From NCBI GenBank assembly GCA_963827235.1, contig CAWHAE010000016.1, positions 1,056,001 to 1,120,000 of the forward strand: a DNA stretch of 64,000 nt, read 5' to 3'. The notes beneath the pieces were generated by a model that had not been told where the DNA came from, did no database searches, and saw only the letters and a program-made list of their open reading frames with translations. Within the stretch, counting starts at the first letter, position 1, and each line of letters opens with the position of its first letter. The position numbers were made by a program, and so were the translations under genes. The stretch comes from an uncultured bacterium (lineage in GTDB: Bacteria > Chloroflexota > UBA5177 > JANWHV01). Positions 1 through 9,884 of this stretch are shown here, one piece after another.

Positions 1-396
1 AACGATGGGCTGTTTGGGGGACTCACCTCGATTGGGGCGTCACCCTTTGCCGATCAGCAAACCGCGCCCTGCTGGGTGACCATCTCCGCCGATGGCCGCT
101 ATCTGTTCGCCGACAACACGGCGAGCGCTTCTATCTCTCGCTTTGCCATCGGGTGGGACGGCACGCTGACCCTGTTGAGCAGTACGGCACTCCGCAACGC
201 GGCAACGGCCAAGCCGACCGAGGTTCGGCTGGATGCCCGCGGGCACTATCTCTACATGCTCGAGCCCGGAGCAGATGCAATCGGCGCCTTCCAGGTCGAC
301 GGCGGCGCGCTCAGCGAGCTCTCCGCATCGCCGTTCGCGCTTCCCGCGGGACCCACGCCGGCCGGTCTTGCCGTGACCGGGTTCGGCAGCTTCTAA
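1..396 (+). CDS. Lactonase family (6-phosphogluconolactonase-like) beta-propeller protein, 5' truncated by window edge
   Basis: Frame 1 is open from base 1 (NDGLFGGLTSIGASPFADQQTAPCWVTISADGRYLF...). Propeller blade motifs 'ISADGRYLF' and 'LDARGHYLY', C-terminal 'PAGLAV'. Confidence 0.8.
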   Translation, partial: NDGLFGGLTSIGASPFADQQTAPCWVTISADGRYLFADNTASASISRFAIGWDGTLTLLSSTALRNAATAKPTEVRLDARGHYLYMLEPGADAIGAFQVDGGALSELSASPFALPAGPTPAGLAVTGFGSF

Positions 397-640
397 GGAG
401 ATCGCCGTGTCGGACATTACCAAGGACCATCGGTATGATCGGCAGCTTGCCATCCCTGCAATCTGGGTGAGTCCGGCGCCCTACGTTCTCGTCATGCGCT
501 GCGGAGCCGGCTGCAGCCTTGCCGGCTCCGCAGCGGTCGTCGGTACTGCTCGATCACTGTGTACGCGTCCAGTCAGTGCGGCGTGCCTGGTGCCACGCGC
601 GTGGGCATCTGGCTACGCAAACAAGTAAGGGAGTAGTTGA

Positions 641-1117
641 ATGTCGCATCTATCACGCATCCGCTCGCTTGCCGCCTCGGGTCTGGTCCTGGGTTTTCTG
701 GCCACTACCGGCTGGGCCATGGCCGCACCGATGAGCCACATGTATGCGCTCTACGGAAGCGGGCAGTTCAGCACGGCTATGGCATCCGCGACCATATCCC
801 AGATCTCCATTGGCGACTTCAAGGTAAGCGTCGTGGCAGAGCACTTGCCCAGTCCCGCCGCGCTGCACGTCATGCCCGCCCGCCACGTCTATGTCGCCTG
901 GTTGATCAACGGCATGGCGAAGAAGAACAGCATGGCGGCGATGGCTCACCTCGCCCTCATGTATGACAAGAAGACCGGCAACTACATTGCGAGCGGCACT
1001 GTAATGATTGACGAAGTGAGCAGCGTGTTCGTCACCGCGGAGCCGAGCGGCATGGTGCATGCGCCAGCCATGCCCGAGGTGACCGCACTCTCCAGTATGA
1101 GACACGGCAGCATGTAG
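641..1117 (+). CDS. Secreted Met/His-rich protein with RskA (anti-sigma-K) C-terminal-like motifs
   Basis: RBS AAGGGAG upstream; signal peptide ending near 'GWAMAA'; 'YVAWLI' and 'VFVTAEP' resemble the RskA domain; 15 Met and 8 His in 158 aa. Confidence 0.7.
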   Translation: MSHLSRIRSLAASGLVLGFLATTGWAMAAPMSHMYALYGSGQFSTAMASATISQISIGDFKVSVVAEHLPSPAALHVMPARHVYVAWLINGMAKKNSMAAMAHLALMYDKKTGNYIASGTVMIDEVSSVFVTAEPSGMVHAPAMPEVTALSSMRHGSM

Positions 1118-1215
1118 CTGCGTGAGCGGCCTCTCGCGCTGCGCGGACTGCACCCGGTGCCACACGAGCGCTGGCACACCGATCCACTCTCGCGGGCCGG
1201 CAGGTACATACTACG

Positions 1216-1229
1216 TGTACAGTTGTACA
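1216..1229. promoter_or_regulatory. Palindrome TGTACA-GT-TGTACA containing a TACAnnTGTA (CopY/BlaI-type) box
   Basis: Seen directly, 36 nt upstream of the response regulator ATG and just after a CATACT -10-like hexamer (1207-1212). Confidence 0.4.
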
Positions 1230-1265
1230 GGCCGGCGAGCGAGAGTGGACGGGAGTAGCGCGGCC

Positions 1266-1943
1266 ATGGCGCGCATTCTGGTGGTGGAAGACGAGCCCAC
1301 GGTCAGTGACGTGGTCGAGCGCTATCTGCGTCGCGCGGGCCACCACGTCCTCGCCGCCAGCGATGGCAATGACGGCCTGCGCATGGCGCTGACGGAGCAT
1401 CCGGAGCTGATCGTGCTCGACCTGATGCTTCCGGGCCTGGATGGGCTCGAAGTGTGCCGCCGTGTGCGCGCCGTGCGCCAGACACCGGTGATCATGCTCA
1501 CCGCCAGGGCCGAGGACGGCGACGTCGTTCTTGGCCTCGGGCTTGGTGCCGACGACTATGTGCGCAAGCCCTTCAGCCCGCTCGAGCTGGTGGCGAGGGT
1601 GGAGGCCGTGCTGCGCCGCGGCCGGTCTGGAATGAGCGACACGAGCATTGCCTTTGGTGACCTGCGTATTGTTGCGGCTTCGCGCACAGTACGGCGAGGT
1701 CAGGAGACGATCGCGCTGACCGCAACCGAGTTTGACCTGCTCTTGCACCTCTCCAAGCACCCCGGTCAGGTCTTTTCCCGCGAGCAGCTCCTCACGAGCG
1801 TCTGGGGCTACGACTATGCAGGCGATACTAGTACGGTCACCGTGCACATGCGCCGCCTGCGGGAGAAGCTGGAGCGGGATCCAAGCACACCGCGCTGGCT
1901 GAAGACGGTCTGGGGAGTCGGCTACAAGTTCGAAGGCGGGTAG
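1266..1943 (+). CDS. OmpR/PhoB family response regulator
   Basis: 'MARILVVEDE', 'LDLMLPG', 'GADDYVRKPF', wHTH end 'TVWGVGYKF'. True start is ATG 1266 inside the longer ORF. Confidence 0.95.
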   Translation: MARILVVEDEPTVSDVVERYLRRAGHHVLAASDGNDGLRMALTEHPELIVLDLMLPGLDGLEVCRRVRAVRQTPVIMLTARAEDGDVVLGLGLGADDYVRKPFSPLELVARVEAVLRRGRSGMSDTSIAFGDLRIVAASRTVRRGQETIALTATEFDLLLHLSKHPGQVFSREQLLTSVWGYDYAGDTSTVTVHMRRLREKLERDPSTPRWLKTVWGVGYKFEGG

Positions 1944-1977
1944 GTGGGGTCTGCAACCAGGAGAGGGAGCATCGCAG

Positions 1978-3438
1978 ATGGTGACGCAGGCGTCCAAGCA
2001 GCCAATGCGCTGGAACGACGTCAAGGGTGTAGGGCCACTGGTCGCGGGCACGCTGATCGCTGGTGCCGGCGTGGCCCTGGCTGCGTTCGTTGGGCGCTTC
2101 TGGCTCGGTTTGCCTACCGGTCACGTCAAGGACCTCGGTCGTCTGTTACTCCTCTCTGGCGGTGCCTCCCTGCTCGTCACGCTCGTCGCAGCCTGGTTGT
2201 TGCTCGGTCATACCGAGTGGCGGTTAGCTCCCAAGCTCAGTCTTGCCTGCGCGATCGGGCCCATTGTGGCCGGCATCAACACGTACTACACCGCGGACTC
2301 CATGCTTATCAAGCAGAGCGATCTCGGTCTGCTGATCCTGCTGCTGGTGTTCTCGTCCGGCGTGGGCATCGCCTTCGCCCTGGCGTTGGCACGTATGCTC
2401 ACCGCGCGCCTGGGTCTGCTTGCGCGTGCGGCAGCAGGCATCGGCCACGGCGTAGGCACAATCGCTGCGCCAGAGGGGGAGGATGAGGTCGGAGTCCTGG
2501 GAAGAACACTCAACGACCTGGAAGCGCGGCTGGAGGAGAGCGATTCCCGACGGAAGGCTATGGAGGAAGCGCGCCGCATGCTGCTGGCCGCCGTTTCGCA
2601 CGACCTGCGCACCCCGCTCACGTCGCTGCGCGCCGTGGTCGAGGCATTGGACGACGGCGTGGTCGAGGACCGTTCGACTGTCACCCGCTACCTTGCGAGC
2701 GCTCGCCAGCAGGTTCGGCAGCTTGAGACCCTTATCGATGATCTCTTCGAGCTATCCCGACTGGACGCGGGCGCGCTACACCTGGACCGCAGGGCCATGC
2801 ACGTGTCCGGCCTGGTGGACGAGGCCATGGAGAGTGTCCGGGTCCAGGCCGACGCCGCCTCTATTCGGCTGGAGACCCGGCTCGATGCCGAGCTGCCGCT
2901 GGTGTTCGTGGACGGCGAGCGCATCGGGCGTGTGCTGCTCAACCTGCTGAGCAACGCGCTCCGCTATACGCCCGAAGGCGGCACTATCGCGCTGCTCGCG
3001 CAGCACCGGGACGGCGGTATGCAGGTCAGCGTGCAGGACTCCGGCGCCGGTATCGCGCCCGACGATCTGCCCCATATCTTCGAAAGCTTCTACCGCGGCG
3101 AGAAGTCGCGCTCTCGCCTGCACGGTGGTGCCGGGTTGGGTTTAGCCATCGCGCGCGGCCTGGTAGAGGCGCATGGCGGCCATATGTGGGCGGAGAGCGC
3201 GCCCGGCAGCGGAACGTCCGTCCATTTCACACTCCCGGCATCCGCGTCGATGGGCCCAGGGCTCCGCGCGACAAGCCCTGTCGCAGCCTCAAGCAGGCCG
3301 GCACCAGATTCCAGCCCAAGCATAAACGGTCATTGCACACTGAGGTCGGCTAGCAGGGAGAACGACGGCCGGGATGCCGGCAAGTACACGCGGGTGAGCG
3401 CTTCCGTCTGGGAAGGAGCGCCGCGCTGTAAGGCCTGA
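1978..3438 (+). CDS. HAMP-domain sensor histidine kinase
   Basis: Four TM segments, HAMP 'DEVGVLG', H-box 'SHDLRTPL', N-box 'NLLSNA', G-boxes 'DSGAG' and 'GAGLGL'. Confidence 0.95.
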   Translation: MVTQASKQPMRWNDVKGVGPLVAGTLIAGAGVALAAFVGRFWLGLPTGHVKDLGRLLLLSGGASLLVTLVAAWLLLGHTEWRLAPKLSLACAIGPIVAGINTYYTADSMLIKQSDLGLLILLLVFSSGVGIAFALALARMLTARLGLLARAAAGIGHGVGTIAAPEGEDEVGVLGRTLNDLEARLEESDSRRKAMEEARRMLLAAVSHDLRTPLTSLRAVVEALDDGVVEDRSTVTRYLASARQQVRQLETLIDDLFELSRLDAGALHLDRRAMHVSGLVDEAMESVRVQADAASIRLETRLDAELPLVFVDGERIGRVLLNLLSNALRYTPEGGTIALLAQHRDGGMQVSVQDSGAGIAPDDLPHIFESFYRGEKSRSRLHGGAGLGLAIARGLVEAHGGHMWAESAPGSGTSVHFTLPASASMGPGLRATSPVAASSRPAPDSSPSINGHCTLRSASRENDGRDAGKYTRVSASVWEGAPRCKA

Positions 3439-3804
3439 TGCTTGAGCGAACCGTCTGCCGATCATGGAGCCGGCATTATCAGGTGGCGCGCTGAGCGCGC
3501 TCCCCGGAGCGTGAGTCGTCGCGTTCCGGCTATTTCGGCCCGGGCGACGACGGCATGGCGGCCTGGCGTTCAGCGGTCGAGGGGTTCCAGATCCGACCGC
3601 TTCAGCCGACAACAACCCTCGCCGTTGGCCGAGCTCGCTACTGGATACGCTCTATGGACCGCTGCAGGTCACTCTTGACCGGGCGTGGAGGTCTGCCGCC
3701 GGGACCGACAATAGAACGCTCCAAACCGTTAGGCGTGCAAACGGTACGCTTGCCAAAGACGAGTCGTGCGGTTCAGGCGCCCGGACGCTACAGGAGCAAA
3801 CACC

Positions 3805-4125
3805 ATGTCGAGTCAGTTCGAGCCCAGGGGACAGGTTCACATTGCCGTAGCGACCTACATAGTGAAGGACGGGAATGAGGCGACGGTCGAGGAGGCGTTG
3901 CGCGCCATGATCCCGCCCACGCGCCGCGAGCCCGGCTGCCTCGCCTATACCGTGCAGCGCTCCCAGGAGGCACCGCGGAAACTGCTGCTGTATGAGGTGT
4001 ACGTCGACGAGGCGGCAGTGGAAGCGCATCGTGCCTCGCTGCACTTCCAGCAGTACGTGCTGGGCATCGTGCGCCCGCTGGTGGAGAACCGCGTTGTCGA
4101 GGTGTATCGCTCTATCGAAGAGTGA
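3805..4125 (+). CDS. Antibiotic biosynthesis monooxygenase (putative quinol monooxygenase) family
   Basis: AGGAG RBS; 'TRREPGCLAY', 'LYEVYVDEAAVEAHRASLHF'. Confidence 0.9.
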   Translation: MSSQFEPRGQVHIAVATYIVKDGNEATVEEALRAMIPPTRREPGCLAYTVQRSQEAPRKLLLYEVYVDEAAVEAHRASLHFQQYVLGIVRPLVENRVVEVYRSIEE

Positions 4126-4651
4126 CGCAGAGTGACCACCCGCCGGGATCCGCCTCGGGCGAAGGCGAGCCACAGCGCGCGCGGCCGGCCCCGCACACAG
4201 TCTGAAGAATCCGCTCGACGACGACAAACGCGACAGGCGCGCTCGTGTCCACCTCCAGCGAGGCGGTCCGCCTGAGCAGCGGCTCCAGGCTCCGCACGTG
4301 CGCGAGAATCCGCGCCAGCTCCTCTGGCTCCTTGCCATGCGGGTTCGTGCTGCGGCTGGCGAGACGCTCAAGCAGGGCCGGCACCGGTACGCTGAGCAGG
4401 ATCACGTGGTCGAACTGGGCGTAGAACTGGCCTAGATTCGTCCTGCACCCGCTGACAACGGGCACGTCGATGTCTTCGGTCGCCGGCAGAGCGTGTATGC
4501 GGTCTTCTCGCCACACCCAGAGGGGCTCCCCAGCGGCGTCCCGCACTCACTCGCACCACCTTTCGGCATTGGTGTCGACCGCCTTGTAGCCGCGAGCGGC
4601 GAGCGCGCCAATCAGCGTCGACTTGCCAGTGCCTGACATCCCGGTGAGTAA
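4112..4651 (-). pseudogene. AAA/shikimate-kinase-like P-loop kinase with in-frame TGA
   Basis: Walker A 'LLTGMSGTGKST' in ORF 4547..4756 continues in the same frame past TGA (4547-4549) into 'WVWREDRI...FDHVILLS...ERLASRSTNPHGK'. No clear start codon. Confidence 0.75.
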
Positions 4652-4836
4652 GGCTGGCGGGCAGTAGTCATTCGCACACTTGTTGCGGCCACGCAAGGAG
4701 AGATCGTCCCGGCCAACACACGTGGGCCGGACGGTTCTCGATCCTGCTGTCGTCATGGTGCCTCGCGGCGAGATCCGGCGGCAAGGCGTGCAGATCGATC
4801 ACCGTGGCCGTAGGTCTGCGAGAACACGACTCCCGT

Positions 4837-6906
4837 CTACAATGAAGCCGACAGCACCGCCGTACCGCTGATGAAGCGTACTAGGCCAGCCGGCACGTCG
4901 ATGACGTGCCGGCCCGGCGGCATGGTGCACTGCGTCTCATCAAGATCAGAGAGCGTGCCGCCCGCGTTGCCAATCGCCACGCCAAGTCTGGCCGCTCGCC
5001 GCGGCGACCATACCGTCACGACCGGCGCCTGGCCAGCCACGCCGTCAAATTGCAGCGCGGAGATCCCGTCTGGTGCAGAGAGAGTGCGGGCGAAGCGGCG
5101 GTTGCCCACGAGGCTGGCCAGCACCGTGAGCGCACGGTAGGCGGCTTTGGCACTGAAGTCGCGCCGCAGCAGCCCAAAGTTGGATTCTCGATCGTCCAGG
5201 GCCGGACCGTCATTTCGTGCATCGTACCAGAAGAATCGCTCGATACCGGCAGCTTGGCCGAGCAGGTAGGCGCGCACGAGCAAGCGTGCTTGCTGCACGT
5301 CGTCGATCACCGGATTGATTCCGTCGCTTGCCCAGCCTTGCTCGGTAATCCATATCCGTGGCGGCCGACCGGCGGTGCGCAGCAGACCCTGGAGCCGCCG
5401 CACAGTGTCCGCCAGGCCGGACTGCTCCGGCGACTTGCGACCCTCGTATGGATGAAACGAGAAGACGTCGAATACCGGCCGCCGGAACTGCAGGAAGCGC
5501 TCAATCCAGGCGAGGTCGACGAACGACGCTGGATTGCTCAGATCGCCAGGTCCGACCGTGCAGGGCGCCACGACGGTTACCGTGGGATCTATCTCCTTCA
5601 GCACGGTGTAGGTAGCGGAGAGCAATTCGACATACTGCTCCACCGTCCCGCGCCAAGAGGCAGGAAGATTCGGCTCGTTCCATATCTCCCAGGCAGCAAC
5701 GCGTCCCCGGTACCGGCGGGCAAACGTGCCGAGGAACGACGTGAATTCGCGTACGCCTTGTGTCGTATAGGGATGCGTCCAATCGGGCCACGTCGTTGGC
5801 ACGCCCAAGATGTTCAGCCCAGCTGAGATGGCCGCATCGATGGCCTGATCGTGCCGTCGCACACTGACACGACTGCAAAGCGCGCAGATCTGCTGCCAGT
5901 TGAAGTCCTCACGGATCCAACGCACACCGCAGCCGGCAAGGCTGGAAGCCAAGCGAGTCATATCGCGTGGGAGTACCCTGGTGGTCAGTCCAGCGTGGAC
6001 TCCCAGACTGTCAGGCCGAAGAGCAGGTGCCGGCAACGTGTCGCGCACAACGCTGACGTGCGTTGCAGCAACTGAGGCGAGTCCCGTGGCCTACGCCGAA
6101 AGCTGCACGATGGGTGGCAGATCGGTAGCGAGCAGGGCTACCTGCTGCAACTGACTGGCTGCCGGCACGCGCAGCCGAGTGCCGCGGCGATCAAGGATGC
6201 TGCCGTCGAGGCCCACCAGGCTCCACCCCAGCGCGAGGGTGCTGGGGACCGGCAGCAGGTTCTCCACACCGAGGGTGAGCTTGTCCGGCCGCAGTGCCGC
6301 GAGGCTCAGACGCAGCCCGTCGGCCGCCTGCAGTCTCGCGTGAACGCGTAAGCTTTGCAAGCGCACCCAGCCGGTGGGGCGACCGGGGCCGACCGCCATC
6401 GCAATTGACGTGACGGCTAGCGGCGCTCGTGCAACACGGTCTGTCCTCGCACCAAACACGTTCCAGGAAGGGCCGCCGATGTCGCGGAGCGATCGCTCTG
6501 CGCGGAGCACACCGCGGTGGTCGAGTGCTGCGATCGTGGTTTCGAAATACTGTCCGCCGCTATCCCGCAGGCGGATACTCAGGTGCTGGCCGCCACCGTC
6601 ACTATCCAGAAGAAGGACGATGGCATCGGGACTGCCGCGAAGAGTTTCCAGTCTGTTCTCGATGGCCAGGGCCTGCGCGCCCCGACGAAAGTCATAGGTC
6701 AGGGTGCCATCGCGCCAATCGGTGCCGCCTGCTACGTCGTCGTCGATCGACAGCAACCACCCTTCCGTCTCGTCAAAGCTGGCTATCCGATATTCAACGT
6801 CGTATGACAAAGTTGGCTGGACGGAAGGTAGCCGCAGCGCCATTGGAAGCGCCAGCCCTGCCAGAAGAAGGTCCCGTCGAGCCAAGAACGGCACGCGCCC
6901 GACCAT
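4837..6906 (-). pseudogene. Tat-signal clan GH-A glycoside hydrolase (GH39/GH5-like) with N-terminal CBM-like domain, split by in-frame TAG
   Basis: 'ARRDLLLAG' signal; TAG at 6091-6093 is in frame with the downstream catalytic part ('WEIWNEPN', 'SFHPY', 'IWITEQGW'). Confidence 0.75.
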
Positions 6907-7612
6907 CAGCCGGGGCCCACCAGTGTGTCTACCACACCCATACGATCTAGCGTACGTCGCGCGGTTGTACGCGACCAGTGGCAGTGATCTGTGGATCCGT
7001 GTAATAAGCTGGCGGCAGTCAGGGCCCTGACCGTGACCGCAGGTCAGCACAGGCGGACGAATACCGTTGCCTCGTGCTGAGCGGCCAGACGCCAGCGCAA
7101 GAAGAGACACGCCAGCAATGCCAAGCGCGACCTCAGACGTCGGGCGCCCGTCGGCGCGTGTCGGTGCAGCAGCGCTCAAGCGCGCGGGATACTGGAGCCT
7201 GGTCGTACTGGCGTTCCTTCTGAGCTACCTGCTGCATGCCTGCACCGGCGCGCAGCGCCATGCCGGTGTAACCTCCGGTCGTATGTAGTAGTGGTGCAAG
7301 GAGGAGCTATCGTGGAAGGCCAGTTTAGATTGTACGTCCTGCGCTACTGTCGCCGGAGCATCGATGGCAGCGGGCGAGACTGGCGCCCGGCCACACATCG
7401 ACTCGCCGGCTATAGCGGTGTGTAGGCGAATCATCGCTGTCGATGGTGATCTGGCAGTCACACGCCGAAGCCAGGCCAAGTTCGCTACCACGCAACTACT
7501 CCTCGACACAGTGTATGGCATGCTGTGCGCGCTGAAGGCGAAGTACCGCGGCCGGCAGTCGCGGCAGGTTCGGTGCAAAATCGCCGCAGCACAGGGATGA
7601 GGAGGCGGGCCC

Positions 7613-9124
7613 GTGAGTGACGTGCTCCTTGGACAATCATACTTTCTTCGCTTCGATGCCAAGCTGTGGGAAGCGATGCAGCCCTACCCACCACTCGGCT
7701 CACTCTACGCCGCGAGCTACCTGCGGAGCCTTGGCTACGAGATCGCCTTCTTCGACGCGATGCTGGCAGAATCGGAGGCCCCGTGGGGTCGGGCGCTCGA
7801 CCGCGTGAAACCGCGCTTCGCAGTGCTCTATGAGGACAACTTCAACTACCTATCCAAGATGTGTCTCTTGCGCATGCGCGAAGCCGCATTTCGGATGATT
7901 GAGACGGCCGGTGCGCGGGGAGCCACGGTCATCGTGGCCGGGTCGGATGCCAGTGACCACGCCGAGACGTACCTGGCGAAGGGTGCCCACTTTGTCGTTC
8001 GCGGTGAAGGCGAGCAGACGCTCGGAGAGCTGTTGCACTCTCTCACCGGCAGAACTGACGCACCGCTCGAGTCGATCCGCGGTCTCACGTACCCCGCGGG
8101 GTCGGATACCGATCGCTTTGTGCACACGCCCCCGCGCCCGGACATGAGTGAACTGGATGCCCTGCCGTTTCCGGCCTGGAATTTGGTCGACATGGCACGC
8201 TACCGGGAGATCTGGTTGAAGCGCCACGGCTTCTATTCAATGAACATGGTCACGACCCGCGGTTGCCCGTACCACTGTAACTGGTGCGCGAAGCCGATCT
8301 GGGGGCAGCGGTACAACAGCCGCAGCCCGGAAAACGTGGTGGAGGAGCTCCGCTGGCTGAAGACAACCTATGGTCCGGACCACATCGCGTTTGTCGATGA
8401 CATCATGGGGCTCACGCCCCGCTGGATTGATCGCTTTGCCGACTTGGTGGCGGAACATGACGCGCGGGTGCCATTCAAGAGCTTGCACCGCGCCGACCTC
8501 CTCTTGCGCGGCAACACCATCGCGGCGCTGCAGCGCGCGGGGGCCAAGACGGTCTGGCTTGGTGCCGAGTCGGGCTCTCAAAAGATCCTGGATGCGATGG
8601 ACAAAGGCACGACTGTCGCGCAGATCGCTACGGCGGCCCAACGGCTGCACGAGGCTGGTATCGAGGTCGGCTTCTTCCTCCAATTCGGCTACCCTGGGGA
8701 GACCCGGGCGGACATCGACAAGACGTTACGGATGGTCCGTGACTGCAAGCCGAACGACATCGGCATGTCGGTGTCCTATCCACTCCCGGGCACCAAGTTC
8801 TACGAGACGGTCAAGCAGGAGCTAGGAGTCAAACAGCACTGGGTGGATTCCAACGATCTGGACATGCTGTACCACGGACCGTACACTACAGACTTCTATC
8901 GACAGCTCCACGTCGTGCTGCACAAGGAGTTCCGGCTACGGCGCGGCTGGGATGACGTGTGCCGGGCGGTTCGTCAGCCTACGAAGTTAAGGAGGCGCCA
9001 TCTTCGCCGCCTCGCCGCCGCCGCCTATTATTCGGCAACGTTGCCACTGGCGCGCCGGAAGCTCAATCGCCTTGCTCGCCTCCCACACGAATCCCTGATA
9101 CCGCTGGTTCCAGGAGCGCGGTGA
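7613..9124 (+). CDS. Cobalamin-binding radical SAM protein
   Basis: GGAGG RBS; N-terminal 'PYPPLGSLYAASYL' B12 domain; CxxxCxxC 'RGCPYHCNWC'; 'GAESGSQ', 'GYPGET'. Confidence 0.92.
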   Translation: MSDVLLGQSYFLRFDAKLWEAMQPYPPLGSLYAASYLRSLGYEIAFFDAMLAESEAPWGRALDRVKPRFAVLYEDNFNYLSKMCLLRMREAAFRMIETAGARGATVIVAGSDASDHAETYLAKGAHFVVRGEGEQTLGELLHSLTGRTDAPLESIRGLTYPAGSDTDRFVHTPPRPDMSELDALPFPAWNLVDMARYREIWLKRHGFYSMNMVTTRGCPYHCNWCAKPIWGQRYNSRSPENVVEELRWLKTTYGPDHIAFVDDIMGLTPRWIDRFADLVAEHDARVPFKSLHRADLLLRGNTIAALQRAGAKTVWLGAESGSQKILDAMDKGTTVAQIATAAQRLHEAGIEVGFFLQFGYPGETRADIDKTLRMVRDCKPNDIGMSVSYPLPGTKFYETVKQELGVKQHWVDSNDLDMLYHGPYTTDFYRQLHVVLHKEFRLRRGWDDVCRAVRQPTKLRRRHLRRLAAAAYYSATLPLARRKLNRLARLPHESLIPLVPGAR

Positions 9125-9460
9125 GAGAGCACGATCGCGCCATACAAAACACCGCCGAACACCTGGGGAGCAGCATCTGCTCCAGTGGAGGGCAAGGGCA
9201 GGGCCTCACGCCCGCTCGACCAAGAGCCAGCCGCGGGCCATCCTCGCAGATGGAACAGTCTCAATGCCGGCCTGAATCCGGGTTTGGACGGCTGAACCAG
9301 CGGCGAGCAAGACGCTTTGGTCGCGGTTGGCGCGGCGGCTGGTTCCCCACGCGCGTCAAATCATGAATCCACCAATGTATTCAGAGCGTAAAGGATTTCT
9401 GAGCGGGTCTCTGTCGGCTTCCGCAGTTGAGCTGGCAGGCGAGAGTGAGGAGTGGTCGGC

Positions 9461-9667
9461 ATGGTAGCGTGGATTCGACTCATCGGCGGTCTTCTGTTGG
9501 TCTTCGTCGGTGCGGTGTGGATAGGCCAGGGCGTCGGACTGATCAAGGGCTCCGGCATGTCGGGTCATGGCCAGTATGCAGTTGCCGGAATTGTCGTTGC
9601 ACTTTGTGGACTCTGGCTGCTCTGGAGTCCCGTGCTGGCACGGACCCGTGCAATGCGTGCGCACTAG
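9461..9667 (+). CDS. Small two-TM membrane protein
   Basis: GAGGAG RBS; 'GAVWIGQGVGLIKGSGMSG' between two hydrophobic helices. Confidence 0.7.
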   Translation: MVAWIRLIGGLLLVFVGAVWIGQGVGLIKGSGMSGHGQYAVAGIVVALCGLWLLWSPVLARTRAMRAH

Positions 9668-9884
9668 CCCGCTATCACCTGATCCGCCGATCCCGAGCCT
9701 GGAACAAAGGGTGGTCTGCCGACCGGGTCGCGAGCGGTCAGCCAGGGTGTCTGAGCATCGCGCATCGACCTGAAGCGCAGCGTACGGCTACCGCTAACGG
9801 TACGGACCGAGGTGTGCCGCGGTCCAGGCGGTCAAGTCGCTCCTGAAAGGCGTTCATCACCCGCGCGCTATGCCCGTCGACGTG

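Noticed and set aside
3240-3438. C-terminal extension of the histidine kinase as an extra domain
   Set aside because: Low-complexity Ser/Pro/Ala sequence after 'HFTLP'; probably read-through to a late stop.
4547-6093. Genetic-code reassignment or Sec/Pyl insertion at the in-frame TGA and TAG
   Set aside because: TGA and TAG terminate many intact genes here, no sel/pyl genes or insertion hairpins were seen, and single substitutions explain both.
7613-9124. Calling the radical SAMs bchE or hopanoid methylases
   Set aside because: No photosynthesis or hopanoid genes nearby; such labels are generic for this family.
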